Shown here: one piece after another, positions 10,201-23,200 of the stretch
Layout: the number at the start of each line of letters is the position of its first letter
How positions within the stretch are numbered: the first letter of the stretch is position 1
From: Klebsormidium nitens
Lineage: Eukaryota > Plantae > Klebsormidiophyceae
Direction of reading: 5' to 3'
Length of the DNA: 64,000 nt
Assembly: GCA_000708835.1 (NCBI GenBank)
Contig: DF237374.1
Location: 1 to 64,000, forward strand
Program-made: the position numbers and the translations under genes
The notes under the pieces: model-generated
Database searches by the model: none
Told to the model about the DNA's origin: nothing
What the model saw: the letters and a program-made list of their open reading frames with translations, nothing else

Positions 10201-13200
10201 CCTTTTCTTTCCCCCCTGCAGATCGGCGAATGCACAAACTCTGGCAACGTCACTTTCCAGGCCTCCCCAGGCCGCCACGTGGACACCACTGCGATCGGAG
10301 TCGCAGTCCCAGTCTCGGTGCTCGGGTCCGCCGCTCTACTTGCTCTGGCGTGGTATGCCAGAAAGCGCCAGCGGGTGCGGGGGGAAGCGGAATACGTTAC
10401 GTGGGCGGCGGAAAATGAAAAGTTTCTGGAAGGAAATAAGACGGGCTCTGGACGGGGGGGGGCGGAAAACGGGAGAGTTTCCAGCGGAGAGGGGAGCGGA
10501 ATTGACTCGGATAGGGGGGGGATGAGTGGAGGGATTGTGGATGTCGGGGCAAGGAGACTTGCAGGGGGTAACGAAGCGGGGGTGAATGACGTGGTTGGTT
10601 TGAATGGGGCAAGGAACGAGGGGTCGGGGAAGAGCCCCGGGCGGACGCTGGAGGTGCGGAAGCTGTCGGTGTTGCTGTCCCCGGGGAAGTGGTGGCGCAG
10701 TAGGAGTGTAAATGAAGGTGGGTTGTTTTGGGCTCCGCAGATCAGTGTCCTTCCCTTGGAAGAAGTGGGCGCGGAGAGGAGCAAACTTGATCGCAACCGC
10801 TTTGGGTGCTCGTCCTGTCCAATCTGAATCGTGTATCCAAGTGGTCTAGGCTGTTCCGTGACAAAGAACGAACTGCCGGCGGCAGTTCTATCCTCTTTGG
10901 CAACACTGCGTAAGAAAGCCAATTTCTCTCTGACTCGGGTCCTTACAAGGTCGAAGCGCTCCCTCTTAGGCGAGAGGGAGAGAAAGACGCAACCAACGAA
11001 ACAAGACAATCGCCGCGGGTCATACTAGCATTCAGCACCCTCAAATGGTTCGGAGAAGTTTGGCACACGCTGTCATAAGCTTGCCTCTTTCGCCGAAGCG
11101 ATTGCGCAAAACGCGCGTTTTGAGCCTCTCACCTTCATATTCGCCTGTTCTGATCCCACTCTGCAATGTTGACGGGAGCGCAGGACCAAACCAAGCCGCG
11201 GTGAAATATTGAAGTCTGCACCGGCAGCTTACCCATTGGTTCGCCTATTTCAGAGGACAAGCCTCCCTCTTGCCAGAGTTTTGCACTGACGTTTTCTCCG
11301 AGGGTTATCCTTCACCGCGCGTCCCGGCGAGGCTCTGGGCGTTTCGGCCAGCAAAATCCTTCTTGATTTAGTGTCAAGTCTTAACAATACGCCTCGCCTC
11401 TTTCCAGCTTCCCGGTTGCAAATAGTGTCCGACTTCTCATTCACCGCGCGTCCAGGCGGGGTCCTCGTTTGTTCTCTGCCCGCAAATCTCACATCTTTTG
11501 GAGGACACGCCCCCCTTCTCTTTTCAGCTCCCCAGCGCACATCGTGTCCGACGTCCCCTTCACCGCCCGTTTGGAAAATACTGTCTCTATACAGCCGCAC
11601 CGACCCTTAAGGACATAGAGGCGCATCGTAGGTTCCTAAAAATCAGCCTGTTTTGGTCGTCTCTTGCTCTGGACGTTCTCTTCGTGAGAGTCTCTCGTCC
11701 CGCCAGCTTCCCGCACGCACATTTTGTGCGACGTTTCCTTCACCGCGCGGTTGGGCGAAGTCCTCGTTTGTTTTCTGCCGGGAAGTGTCACGTCTCATAA
11801 AACGACACGCCTCCCCTCTCTTTTCAGCTTCCCGCACGCACATCGTGTCCGACGTCTCCTTCACCGCGCGTCCGGGCGAAGTCCTCGGCGTTTTCGGACC
11901 GTCCGGCGGCGGCAAGACGACGCTGCTCAGCGTGGTGGCGGGCGTCGGGGGCGACCGGCTCGGCCGTGTCTCCGTCACCGGAACCGTTCTGCTGGACGGA
12001 AAGGAACGGAACGACGATTACCGGCTCCTGACGTCGCTATTGCCGCAGGCACGTCGGCTACGAACTGTTCCCCGTCCCGCATAGAGGATGTCGACAAGTT
12101 GCCTTGATTCTTTCCAATTCAATTGCGACCGATCGGCCGCGTTTTGGGACCGAAAGCGTTCTGGTAGACGGAGCAGAGTCCACCGACCAGTACACCTCCT
12201 GGCGTCCCTTCGCTAAACGTGAACCTCTCTTTCTCGGTTGACCGTAGACATTGTTGTGGGACCTTCTCCGGGATCTCTCCGCTGCGCAATCAGGGTTCTG
12301 CATCTTCCAAGTCTATCTGGCAGATTCCCCTCTCCTTGTCCTTTGTTGCTCCGTTCCTCTTCTTCTTCGTGCTGGGTGCTCCCCAACCCTCCTTCTAAAC
12401 CCTCCTTCCAACAACCCCGCCTTCACGAACCTCCCTTTTGAAGTTTTTCTAAGACATTCTCTTGACTTTTACCACCAAACCCGCGTGCTTAACCCTCGTC
12501 TTTCTGCGCACAGGACGACCTTCTGTACGGCACCCTCACCGCCCAGGAGTCTATCGCCTATTCCGCCGAGCTGCGGCTTCCAGCCTTCATGCCAACGGAA
12601 CTCAAGCGGAAACGAGTCGAGTCAACGGTCGCCCTTCTGGGCTTGTCTCCAGTGAGTGAACCTTCTAGCCACTATCTAAACCCGCAGGTTGTGCATTGAA
12701 ATTTTACGTCATCTCCTTCCGTCCTAGTCAAATTGTCGTTTCTTTGACCGTCATAGGAATAACTCGGGACTTACACCTGTCCTTATCACGGTGTGCTTAG
12801 GCTGCATCGCATAGCGGAGAACCAGTGAGGAGCTTGGACTGGTCGAGAATGTTGCAATACGGTTGGCACCAGAGTACAGCACTTTGAGAGATAGCGTTAC
12901 TGTGCAAGTTGCGGACAGCCCAGAATGTCAGGACGGACCATCTTAGGAATAATATGAGCCAGGTATTATAAGCTCCAACATACATTCAAATCCTAACCCA
13001 ACCATCTGCGTGCTCCGTACCCGTACCCACCCTAACCCCCAAACTAACCCCACCCGTCCCAGGCTGGCGAGCTTATCATACCTGCCGCTTATTATTCCTA
13101 AATCATTCCGAGCTCAGAATGTCCCTCCATCGTTTCCCTCGGAGTTACTGCAAGCCTAAGAGCAGACATCTTTTGAAAGGGCCGAGTCGATAAAGGCCCC

Positions 13201-16200
13201 GTAAATCGAGCCGTGACTCGTACGTACAGGTCCAGCACAGCCGCATAGGGAGCCTTCTGGGCGGACGGGGCCTCAGCGGCGGCGAGCGCCGGCGGGTGCG
13301 CATCGGGATGGAGCTCGTGACGGACTGTGACGTCCTGCTGATGGACGAGCCGACGTCAGGGCTGGACAGCCACAGGTAAGGGTGTAATAAGAATCACAGG
13401 GAGAGGACAGTAGGTCGGTCGGAGCCTTGCAGTCGTCTGGTAGGATTGGAGAAGGTGGACTGATCGCTCCGCCTACGGGTTGCATCTAGAGTTGTTTCTG
13501 AATGTCAAGTAGTTTTAAGCATGAAACATTGCGTAATGGCAGCTCCTAGCAACCTTGTTGAGAGTTGCTGACGTCCCAGCTTTATGTTGCACCATGTTGC
13601 ATATGATCATACGGGGCTGCTTAGATGCAGATTGCTGCATACAATAGGAAGGATCTGACGGCCACACTCGAGAAGTTGGGTCGTCTTATCCTAGGTTCGC
13701 ATCACTGCTCTTGCGCTGGTAAAAGTTCACGTACAGCGGGCAAAGACTCTGACCCGTTAAGCAGGTGTACGACCTGAAACGTTTGACACGGGTCTCCGTG
13801 GCATTCTGCTGGAAATGCGCCGATCGCTCCAAAGGCCCTGTCAACAGCCGGGCGAACGTCTGCAAGCCGCCAGATAGCGCGCTCAAAACTCTGACCCCTC
13901 CTTGACAGGGCCCTCAAGCTGCTCCAACAACTGCACGCGATTGCGCGCACTGGGAAGACAGTCATCCTGAGCGTGCACCAGCCGTCGCAGGAGGCCTTCG
14001 AGCAACTAGACCAGGCGAGTAATTTCTGCCCCTGACAAAGCTTCTTCTTTCCCCAATGTATTGAAAGACGGTATGCTTCGACGTCGAAAGCCCCTCAGAG
14101 TCCTGTCGTTCGGTTTCCTTTCCTTGGTCACGCACGCTCTGCTCGGTTCTCCCTTGTTCGAAGTCTGCTTGGTACTGTGCGCTAAACAAAGGACAAAAGG
14201 AAGCATGCCCGTGCTCGCGTTTTTAGTACCTTATGACCCTAAGACTCTGAAACACTGGGTACCGAAATCAGCTGGGGTGCACAACCTCGTTTGTTTGCTA
14301 CACGGAAACTCGCCTGTTGCTCGGTTCTTCTTGCATCGCCAAAAATCTTGACAAACTTCCGGATTTACTCTCGAGTCGTTTTAAACGGCAATGAGACGGA
14401 CTTCTTGTTGCGACGACCGTGGGTTTGCTGTCCGCAGATCCTGCTGCTGTCCGCATCCGGACACCAGATGTACTGCGGACCTCGCGACGGTCTCCCCCGC
14501 TACTTCGAGGCGATCGGGCGACCCTGCCCCCCAAACCGCACTTTCCCAGACCATATGCTCAGCATCGTTAGCGCAGACGACGTGTCCGAAAACCCCGCGA
14601 AACCCCTGTCCGAAACCTCGTCCGCATCTTTAAATGAGGATCCATTAGCAGCTTGCGCTTACGGTGAAACCTCCGAGAGTGCGCAAGCCGACCCGGAGAA
14701 CCCTGCGCCTAACCCGGGAAGGTTAGCCCCGAGCCCTAACGGGTTCACCCACCATACCAAGGATAAGATAGGTGCAGTCAGCCAGCCGCACGCGGCAGAG
14801 AGCAGCAGAGCAAGCAAACCGCAAGCAGCGCAAAGCACGCCAAAACGCAAACGCCGTGACCCAAATTTGCGGCGGTCCTTCGTGACCCAGTTGCTAGTCT
14901 TGTACAAACGCGAGCTGCTAAACGTGTTCCGTAACCCGGGTTTGCTCCTAACCCACGTGGTGGTCAGCGTCATTCTCGGGCTGCTGGTGGGTGGGGTTTA
15001 CTACCAGGTTAGCGGGAACCTGGCCGGGTTCCAAAACAGGGCCGGGGCGTTCTACTTCACGATTGTCTTCCTAGCGCTCTCGAGGTAAATGAATGACGAA
15101 AACTTGGCCTCGCAAAAGTCCCCTTTGTCTTCCTTTCGTGGTCAATCCTTCATTCTTAAGCAAGCTAGGTTCACCTCTCTTGAATGCATTTCTGCAAGTG
15201 CCCTTCATCGCTGTCTTGTCTTGCACTTTCTGTTTGAAGCCGATCGGCCATTCTTCATCTTTGAACCTTCGGATCCGTGTTATGTTCATGGGCAATAATG
15301 ATATTTCTGCAAATATGCTTTCTCTCTTCCTTTCTACCGTGCCGATATTCGGATTCGGTGACTAGAAGTGACTCATGCGCCCAACAGAAATTCTGACATG
15401 TTAAGCGGTAATGATCGCTTAAACTTTTATCTCTCGCTACCCCAATTCTGCAAAGTCACCCAACGACCCTGTGATGGAATCTTTGGCGTCGGAAGGGGCC
15501 ACAATTCAGTCACTGAAACGTTGTACTGTCAACCCATCTGCTCTGTGATCGTTTGTGAGTCTCGGACCCCCATCTTCTGCAGCACGAGCGCGCTGGAAGC
15601 CTTCATCTCGGAGCGCGCGATCTTCGTCAGCGAGGGTGCCGGCCGCTTCTACTCCCCGCTCGCGTTCTTCGTCCCCAAGGTCTCCCTCGATTGGCTGCTG
15701 CTGCGGATCCTGCCGTCGCTCATCTATGGCACGTGAGTCCGGGAAGATCCTCGTCGTCCGGCCATTTCTCTTTCGTCTTTTAACTTCTCGATCGCGTTCT
15801 TCGTCCCCAAGGTCTCCCTCGACTGGCTGCTGCTGCGGAACCTGCCATGATCCATCCCTCATTAATGGCACGTGAGTTCAGGAGAGTCTCCTTATCCTGC
15901 TCTAGATTGTTCAGTTAACTCCGCAATGTTCAGATGAACCCTAGTCTGAGCTCCGCGAGATGTACTTAGCTCTGCTCTAAGCTCCGTGCTGATAATTGGG
16001 GTCTTCTTCGAATGCTGCCTCGGTCCCTCTTCCAAGTTCAATCTAGCAAAGCCCTGCGAAGCTGTTAGGATTGTCCGTCGATCCTAACGAACCCGTTCTT
16101 CTTGATTTTCCAACCTTTTGTTCTCCATTGTACCGTCACTACAGGTCTGAGGCGCTGCTCAAATACGAGGAGTCATGCTGAACCTTAGCTTTGAAGGTTC

Positions 16201-17638
16201 ACTAATCCAGAACGAAGAACGTTTACTCAACCACTTGGCTTGCGCTTCATCTACTTCCATTGCATTTTTCACGAACTTGTCTTACTCATTGGATGCGCTT
16301 GTCCAGATCTTGGAAATCCCGGACGAATCATATGTTGCTCTTTACAGAATGAATCGGTCACGTACTACTTTCTTTCCTTTTTTTCTGGCTCCGCAAGCCT
16401 GCATGCCTGGAATATCCCTCTGAAACCTCGCCTAAACCCGATTTCCTGAATCCTGTTTCTGCTCGCAGCATCCTCTACTTCATGATGGGCCTGCGCACCG
16501 ACGGCGGCCGCTTCGGCGTCTTCCTCGCCGTCCTCTTCCTCGTCAGCGTGACGTCATCCTCGCTGTGCGTCCTCGTCAGCCTGGCCGTGCCGTCCGTCGC
16601 GATCGCCAACGTCGTCGCTCTAGTTGCAATCCTCGTTTTCCTCTGCTTCGGGGGGTTCCTGGTGAACGGCGAAAGCATCCCCCCGGCGCTGAGGTGGCTG
16701 CCCAAAATATCATTCGTGACGTACGCATTTGAGGCGCTCATGATCAACGAGCTCCACGGGCTGACGTTCTCGTTCCGGACGGTGGGAATAGGCCCCGTCC
16801 TGTCGCTGAAAGGTGGGCGCTGACGTCACCCTCCCTGCTGTTGCTGTCCTGATTATCAGAGTGACGCCCTCTATGTCTTTGAAGTCGTTCTTGGAAAAGC
16901 CGAATGATGTGAATGATGTGAGCAGCCGCGCATGTCTCTTTTCAACCTTTTCGGCCAAGCATGAAAGCATGAATCGGAGATTTCCCGTCGGCCTGTCATC
17001 TTTAAACCTTCTATAATTGTGTGCTTGATTGTCGGACTCTTTCCGCGTTCACATTCTGTTGAATTGGTGTTCTTTGCACCAACCTTCAAAGAGGCTCGGT
17101 CGCTTTTGTACAATACGTTTCCGCTGCGGTATCCCAAGTCCCCACCTTTCAGCTTTTTATGCACCGTCGAAGCACCTTGACGAATCAGGTGTGAATCATT
17201 AGGGAACATTGAAGAATTGAGCATCGTATATGGCCGCAACTGAGATGATGCTTGGCATTATATTTACGTTTCCCTCTGCGCGTCAGGCTTTCCGACCTGA
17301 GTCTCAGATTGTGTGTGCGGATGCTTATCGACATGCAAACGTGGCTGGCAATACTCAAAAACAAACGGGGCAGCAAACAACCGCAAGCTGACGAGCCACG
17401 GTCACTGCATTTTCTTCGACGCTCAACTGTGATGTTCGCGAATCATGTCAATCAAACGAAGGGACTTTCTTGCTGCATTGCAGGGGATAGCTTTTTGGAC
17501 CAGCTCGGTCTGAGCCGCAACACACTGGGCCGGGATCTGGGCATTCTGGCTGCGATGGCGGGCATTTACATCTGCGCTGCCTGCGTGCTACTGCACCTAC
17601 GAGTCCGGGCCGGAAGGATGATGAGAATGCGCCCATAG
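4277..17638 (+). CDS. ABCG (White-family) half transporter, Adp1-like, with large Cys-rich N-terminal ectodomain
   Basis: Phase-consistent exons: 4277-4478, 5292-5692, 6068-6227, 6795-7116, 7741-7987, 8466-8750, 9595-9732, 10222-10717, 11828-12048, 12514-12651, 13230-13375, 13909-14014, 14438-15084, 15583-15732, 16469-16812, 17484-17638. Signal peptide [29 protein letters not shown]-like [23 protein letters not shown] and [41 protein letters not shown]. Walker [11 protein letters not shown]-loop PQDD, signature LSGGE, Walker B/D-loop [13 protein letters not shown]-loop SVHQP, then an ABC2 membrane domain ([11 protein letters not shown]..., FGGFLVN...[20 protein letters not shown]). Confidence 0.93.
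9060..9650 (+). repeat. Five tandem ~120-138 bp copies of intron end + acceptor + start of ABCG exon 7
   Basis: (ttt)cag|gtcccctgcccgac-like junctions end at 9072, 9192, 9330, 9462 and 9594. Only the last continues in frame ([22 protein letters not shown]...). Confidence 0.9.
11290..11890 (+). repeat. Five degenerate tandem copies of acceptor + start of the ABCG Walker-A exon
   Basis: ttcaccgc(g/c)cg core at about 11311, 11440, 11559, 11739 and 11860. cag|ct(t/c)ccc acceptor-like sites at 11407, 11527, 11706 and 11827. Confidence 0.9.
12942..13101 (-). mobile_element. ~160 bp MITE-like hairpin element (G-rich core family, copy 1) in an ABCG intron
   Basis: About 33 bp imperfect inverted arms: ttaggaataatatgagccaggtattataagctc versus gagcttatcatacctgccgcttattattcctaa. 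The core reads GGGACGGGTGGGGTTAGTTTGGGGGTTAGGGTGGGTACGGGTACGGAGCA on the minus strand. TA on both sides is a possible target-site duplication. Confidence 0.7.
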
Positions 17639-20200
17639 GCGCGCTTTACGAGCCAGGAGTCGTAAACGATTCTCCGGAGCTGTATTTTAGGTTCGCATAT
17701 GCACGCGCTCGAAGTAGGGTCTTGGTTGTCGAATGGTTAGTACCATGTCAGGAGATCTTGAGCTATGTACTTTGACTAGACAAATAGCAAGACAAATATG
17801 AAATGACTATTGGAATAGCTTTGTGGATGGGCGCAAGCTCCATTTAGTCCCAAATGGGGCACAATACTCGGACAGCGGCACTTCCGGATGGGAAAGCATT
17901 TGACCGGATATGGGCAACTTTGATAAATATCCGCCAGCACGAAAGGATTGTGGCGGATTGCTCACGTCTTCTTTGCAGCGCATGTATGGCCTCTTGATCG
18001 TCTCTTGTTCGTCAGACAGTTGCGCGCCTTTCCATGTATCTAGCTTAATGTCGCCAGATTTCGGCTAGCTCTAGAAATCCAAGGTTTGTCTTCTGTGGCG
18101 TAATGAGTTGAGGTTAGACGGTGTCGGGAATGCTCAACATGTACAGTCAAAGTGAGAAACCATGATGCCTATGTACTAAGCTACGTGCAATAGCGAAATC
18201 TTCTCTCAAAAACATACCTTTGAGAAGGACTTCGAGAATCACAACAACTTCCGAATTCAATGTCAGAGGTGCAAAACAGGGATTCGTACGGCACCTGTCT
18301 CATGCATGCATGGGCAGCATGCAGATGCACTCATGCGAATTTGAGGTTCGATTGCGCCTTCTGACAGATTGAGATTGCTCAATTATGTGCAAGATTTCGG
18401 TTGCCCAAAATCTGGCACTTCGAATGCCGATGAATGGATATAGGTAACCAGACTGTGAAGACAGACATGTAAAAGCCATGCATTTTACATAAAAGCTCCA
18501 CAATTGAAAAGGGCAGGCACTGGCACACATGGATGGGTACGATACCGCAAATAGTGCATGCAAGTTGGTCTCTCTTCTCTCAAAAATGTCGTTGCCAGTG
18601 CTGCACACTGAGTGCCAATCACAGTGCACACGCTGCGCAGCGTCCAGGCGGCCGCTCTCCAGGCACGTGACGGTAATCGAACCCAAGTACCGTACTCAGT
18701 ACCCATACCCATGTGTGTTGGATGCTCAACGCCGTTCGATCGTCTTGTAATCTCTATCGGACGGTCCGGAAGAACTTCCTTATCCTTCGATACCGGGACA
18801 AATCGCCAAAGTCAACGACCGAACGGTACCAAGGGTACCGCCTCCTAATTATTCTACCCGCACGAGTGTAGACACCGTAATCAGCATCCCTTGTTCTGAA
18901 GCCCTGGCCTAAGTTTTGGTGTGACGACGGTGATTAGTTTCTAAAGTTTCGAAACTAAATTTGCGCCTCCTGTAAAGCCGGCCCCGGCGTATTCGGTGTT
19001 AAAACCATCATTGTCAGTGACCGTGGTTAAATCGACCACAATTCGACGATGTCACTGCCGGCTGGGCACCAGCAGGGCTCCTCGAGTTGACCGTCGATGC
19101 CTTCACCGCCGGTTAGGCACAAGCTTTGTAACACGTATAGCGAAAATCAAGGAAAGTACCGGTAACCACATGGATCCCCGTGGTTAGACCGTAGATACCG
19201 GCGCCGAGTTTGCGAAAAACGACTTTTAGGCCTCAGAACTCAGAGTGCTTCTACGACCGGTACGTCTCCTTACGAGCATCACAAATGCATTATTGACCCT
19301 CCGAGCCCCGACTCGTTCACTCGCGATGACGACAGAGCCCGCACGCGCGAAATGCTTCTTCCATCGTTTTCACTGGTCGAAATAAGCCACGCGGGTTCAT
19401 GTCAGAAATAAGGCAGGCGAAATGCCGGCCTTCTCACTTGGTGCGTCTTTGCTGCTGAAAGCCTCGGTCCGTATAATCGGATGGCTGAGATCGCCTGAAA
19501 GCACTCAGGAAATCCCATCGACGGTTTCAAAGCATGTCAGAGCTTGTCCCCCGGCCCAGTGCTCGGGTCGTCTTCTCTGTCAATGGCTGGACTATGCACA
19601 AAGGCGGGCTGATGATGCACACTCTGCTGGTATAGCCTATAGGTAGCTAGGTAGGGGTCCTAGGCTGCACGGCGAAGGGGCCAAAAACTTAGGATAACGA
19701 CTTTCATGCACGAGCTTTGCATGAGAAAGTGGGCAGGCCGCAGTGGGCTTCGAAAGAGCCTTTGCAACAGGTGGCAGATAGGTATCCTACGCTTAGGATC
19801 TGGGCACAGGCTCTGCACAATCATGAGCGCCAAGCCACTCAGCTGACGCATGGTGCTGGTGAATTCTGGCCCTAGCTTCTAGCTACCGTAGTATCTATTC
19901 TGTTTTAAAGTGCTTGAAATTGAAGCGAACGCCCTCAACTCTTAGTGCGGAGGATGAAGCTGAAACGAACGAAGGTCCTGTTCTTGAAGGAATTGCAAGA
20001 CCAAAGGTGGCACCACCAGAGCTTTCTGAAAGGGGCGCGCAAGGCGTTTTCTTGAGGTTGTCACGCGCGAGGTAAACTTATTTTCTGCTGGGTAAACTGC
20101 CTTTAGAAACGTGAAAAGAGGTGAATTTTGGGGGTGGCGAGAGCCCATTTTAAAATGCTGTTACGGAGGCCCGCCCACAATTTCCCCACCCCCGTCAGCC

Positions 20201-23200
20201 ATGAGGCATTCGTCCTCGCCCGCGCTTAACCCCCGCTTCGCGACCCGGAAAACCAAGTCCAAGCTGCGCCGCCCCGTGTCACTGCCTCTCGCCGCCGCCA
20301 TGACGGTGCGACTGCTCAAGGCCTCACATGGCCTCCACCTCTGCTCCCCAAAATTCATTCTGTTAGCCCTAGTTATCATAACCACGGTCACCGTAACCTG
20401 CATGGAGGTGGCGCGCCTCCGGCCGCATTTCCACCCTGGCAGGGTGGGGCTCGCCGACAGGACCCAGCTTCTCGTGTTTGGGGGGGCGGCGAAGCAGGGA
20501 AAAGTGGGCACCGGCCAGAAAGTTCCGGGGGGGGCGCGAGAAACGATGAGCTGGGGGCGGACGATGGGGCCACGAGGGGGGGGGGAGAAGAAACACCCCC
20601 CGATTAGGGAAATTGAGAATGCTGGGCTCGACGATTTCTGGGCAGCAGGGTTTGGGGATGCGGAAACAGAGCTCGAGGGGGGGGACGATCTCGTGGTGTC
20701 GGACGCTGGAAAATTTGCGCAGAAAGGGGGGGTGAGTGGCCAACTGCCGGAGGGGGGGGGCGAGCAGGACCAGTGGGAGAGGCTCGTGAGCACACCTGCG
20801 GTGGAGACGATCGAGGGGCGGGACGTGATTTGGCAGGTGAGCATGCTTCTGAACCTTCGATGCAAAAACCCTTTGCTTTTGGTGCGTGAGGGGGCTTATG
20901 TGATTGTGAGCTATTTCATTATGCACAATGTTGGCCGTATCTTAGCAGGTGCCGATGTAGTTCCCACGACCACTTCCTTCTAGAATGGCAAGGTTCTGGT
21001 TTTTGCTGGCGTCATTGCACAATCATCACAGTTGGGGCACTCCGGTTTTTGCTTTCCCAGTTGACAGGCTTGGGGCGCCTTGTCCTGATGGTCGTGGGCT
21101 TCTGTAGAAGGGATCCCTCAGAGATCCAAGATCATGCACACAGGCTTGCTTCCTGGTGGGCAAATAATTGCTCAAGTTTTCAGGGGTTGACATGACGGCA
21201 TTTCGTAAGTCAGCAGGTGGGATGTGTGTGTAATTTTGAGGTTGTTAGCTCGATGGGCTCTAGCGCTGAATGGTTTGACCAGTGGGCTCGTAAAGCCTGT
21301 GCTAGCTGCAATTTTCCGTCGTTGCTGTGCGTTGCTTCAGCTGGAAAGAGAAGGCAAGGAAGCCCAGGAGTTCTGACTGCAGCCCAGAACGTTATTAGCC
21401 TCTAATCATAATTGAGCATTTCCTCGCTGGATAGAAATGTTTGGGCACATTTGCATACATCGTCCAGCGTAGGGCATTTTTCCGCAGCTGAAGTCAGCGA
21501 CACACAATCGCATTTGACGAAGAAGAGCTGAACAATCAAACAAGCGGCTGGCAATGTGATCGTCGGGCGTTCAACGCCAGGGGCATTTGAGTGGCCTTTG
21601 TTTGATATGTTGGCACACCACAGCCAAAGACAATCTCAGCTCAACCTCACACCTTTTGATTGAAATACCTGCGCGCTAGTGAGGTTTTGGGAGCTCAGTT
21701 CAAATTGTCACTGTAAGAAGCGTCAGCGAGTGCACCAGCGAGTTTGAGTAGATCTACTAGTAAGGGCAACGTTTCAAGCCACTTCTGATATAGCAGAGCA
21801 AGCTGCACTCCACATGTCAATCTCAGTTGCTACCTTTGTTGCTCAAACAGAGTGTTGCAAATCATGCGACCACTGTTTTAATGAAGCATTATGCACAGAG
21901 AAGACGTTGTCATTTACAGCTTGAACAGGTCAAATATGGGGCACTAGCTGTGGCAAGGTGGCCAGCTGTCGCAATACACTACAGGTTCTCAAATCAACCG
22001 GAACATACCATTCACAGAGCCCACTAAACTTCACCATTTCAAATGTCAGCTGGGCTGGAAATCTTCTAGGGTCAACTGTTGCAAAGTAATCATTTCAAAT
22101 CTTCTCCCACCATCATCCACTTCCTCTCGCTTCCCAACTTTTCTTTATTCCGTTTCTTTTGTGATCTTCAGATTTCAAATCTCAGATCTCTTGAGGAAAA
22201 CCAGAGGAAGCTGTTTGTTATGATAACCGTGACTCAGAGCAGCACAGAGGACAGTACTTGTGGGTGCAGAAAGATGACGTGATGTGTGATGTCGTTCCCT
22301 CCAGGTGCCTCCTGGGGAGCCCACAAGAGTGATCCTTCTCGCGCAAGGAAGGAACGAGCAAGCGGATTCTTGGTGGCTGCAATCTAGCACGTGCCCCGAG
22401 TGTTCTGGGTGAGGTTCCGAGCTTTTGTGGTTTAGGGGGTAACAGGATCTGGAGATTGAAATGTCAACGTTTGTTTGGTTCTCCTGTAATGGCAAGGTTG
22501 ATCAACGACAGTGTTTTGACAGCTGGCAACTCATGGCGTTCATTGTGGTCTTCTAGATTCTATAGTTCGTTAAGGAGGTGATAAGAGCAAAGATAAAAAT
22601 GCAAAAATATGATGAGCCTCGATCAAACCCATCATACTTAACCCGGAGATTGACCAGCACCCATATCCATCCTACTTCCCCAACTAACCCTTTCCACCCC
22701 ATAGCGATGACCTTATAATTATATTTACTCATGCATTTGTCCTTCGAACTTGGACCCCAATTCTGTGGGCAGAGTGGTATCGTTTTCAGGTTGAGATACA
22801 GCCAGGTCGAGCTAGGTCGGAGCCCGTAGGACAAGTCGGGTTACTTTAGGGGTTAAGACTTGACCTGAAATCGTAACGGAATTCGTGCAGGTCTCCACCT
22901 GCGGTCGGCATCACGGAAGCTGCGCTGCGGCACAGCTACGTAGTCCTTACGATCGACAACGGGGCTTGACAATTGAGAATCTTGGATACGAAAAAGCATA
23001 CAAATATCCAACACAGATATCTGAGTTTCTGTATAGGTCCCCTCCTGCCGTTGGCATCACGGAAGCTGCGCTCCGACACGGTTACGTAGTCGTGACGATC
23101 GACAACGGGCGCTGGAGCCGGGAGATCCCGTACAACGACAAGGAGCTGACGTGGGACAACCGGTGGCCGCTGTACAAGAACGCTGACGTCAGCGTGGTGG

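Noticed and set aside
10167-11009. 280 aa minus-strand ORF, and similar long antisense ORFs at 20161-20865 and 31441-32175
   Set aside because: These are shadow frames opposite GC-rich real exons, with low-complexity Pro/Ser-rich translations and no motifs.
18740-19270. Region rich in GGTACC/ACCGGT palindromes, possibly a MITE
   Set aside because: I could not find convincing terminal inverted repeats or a target-site duplication.
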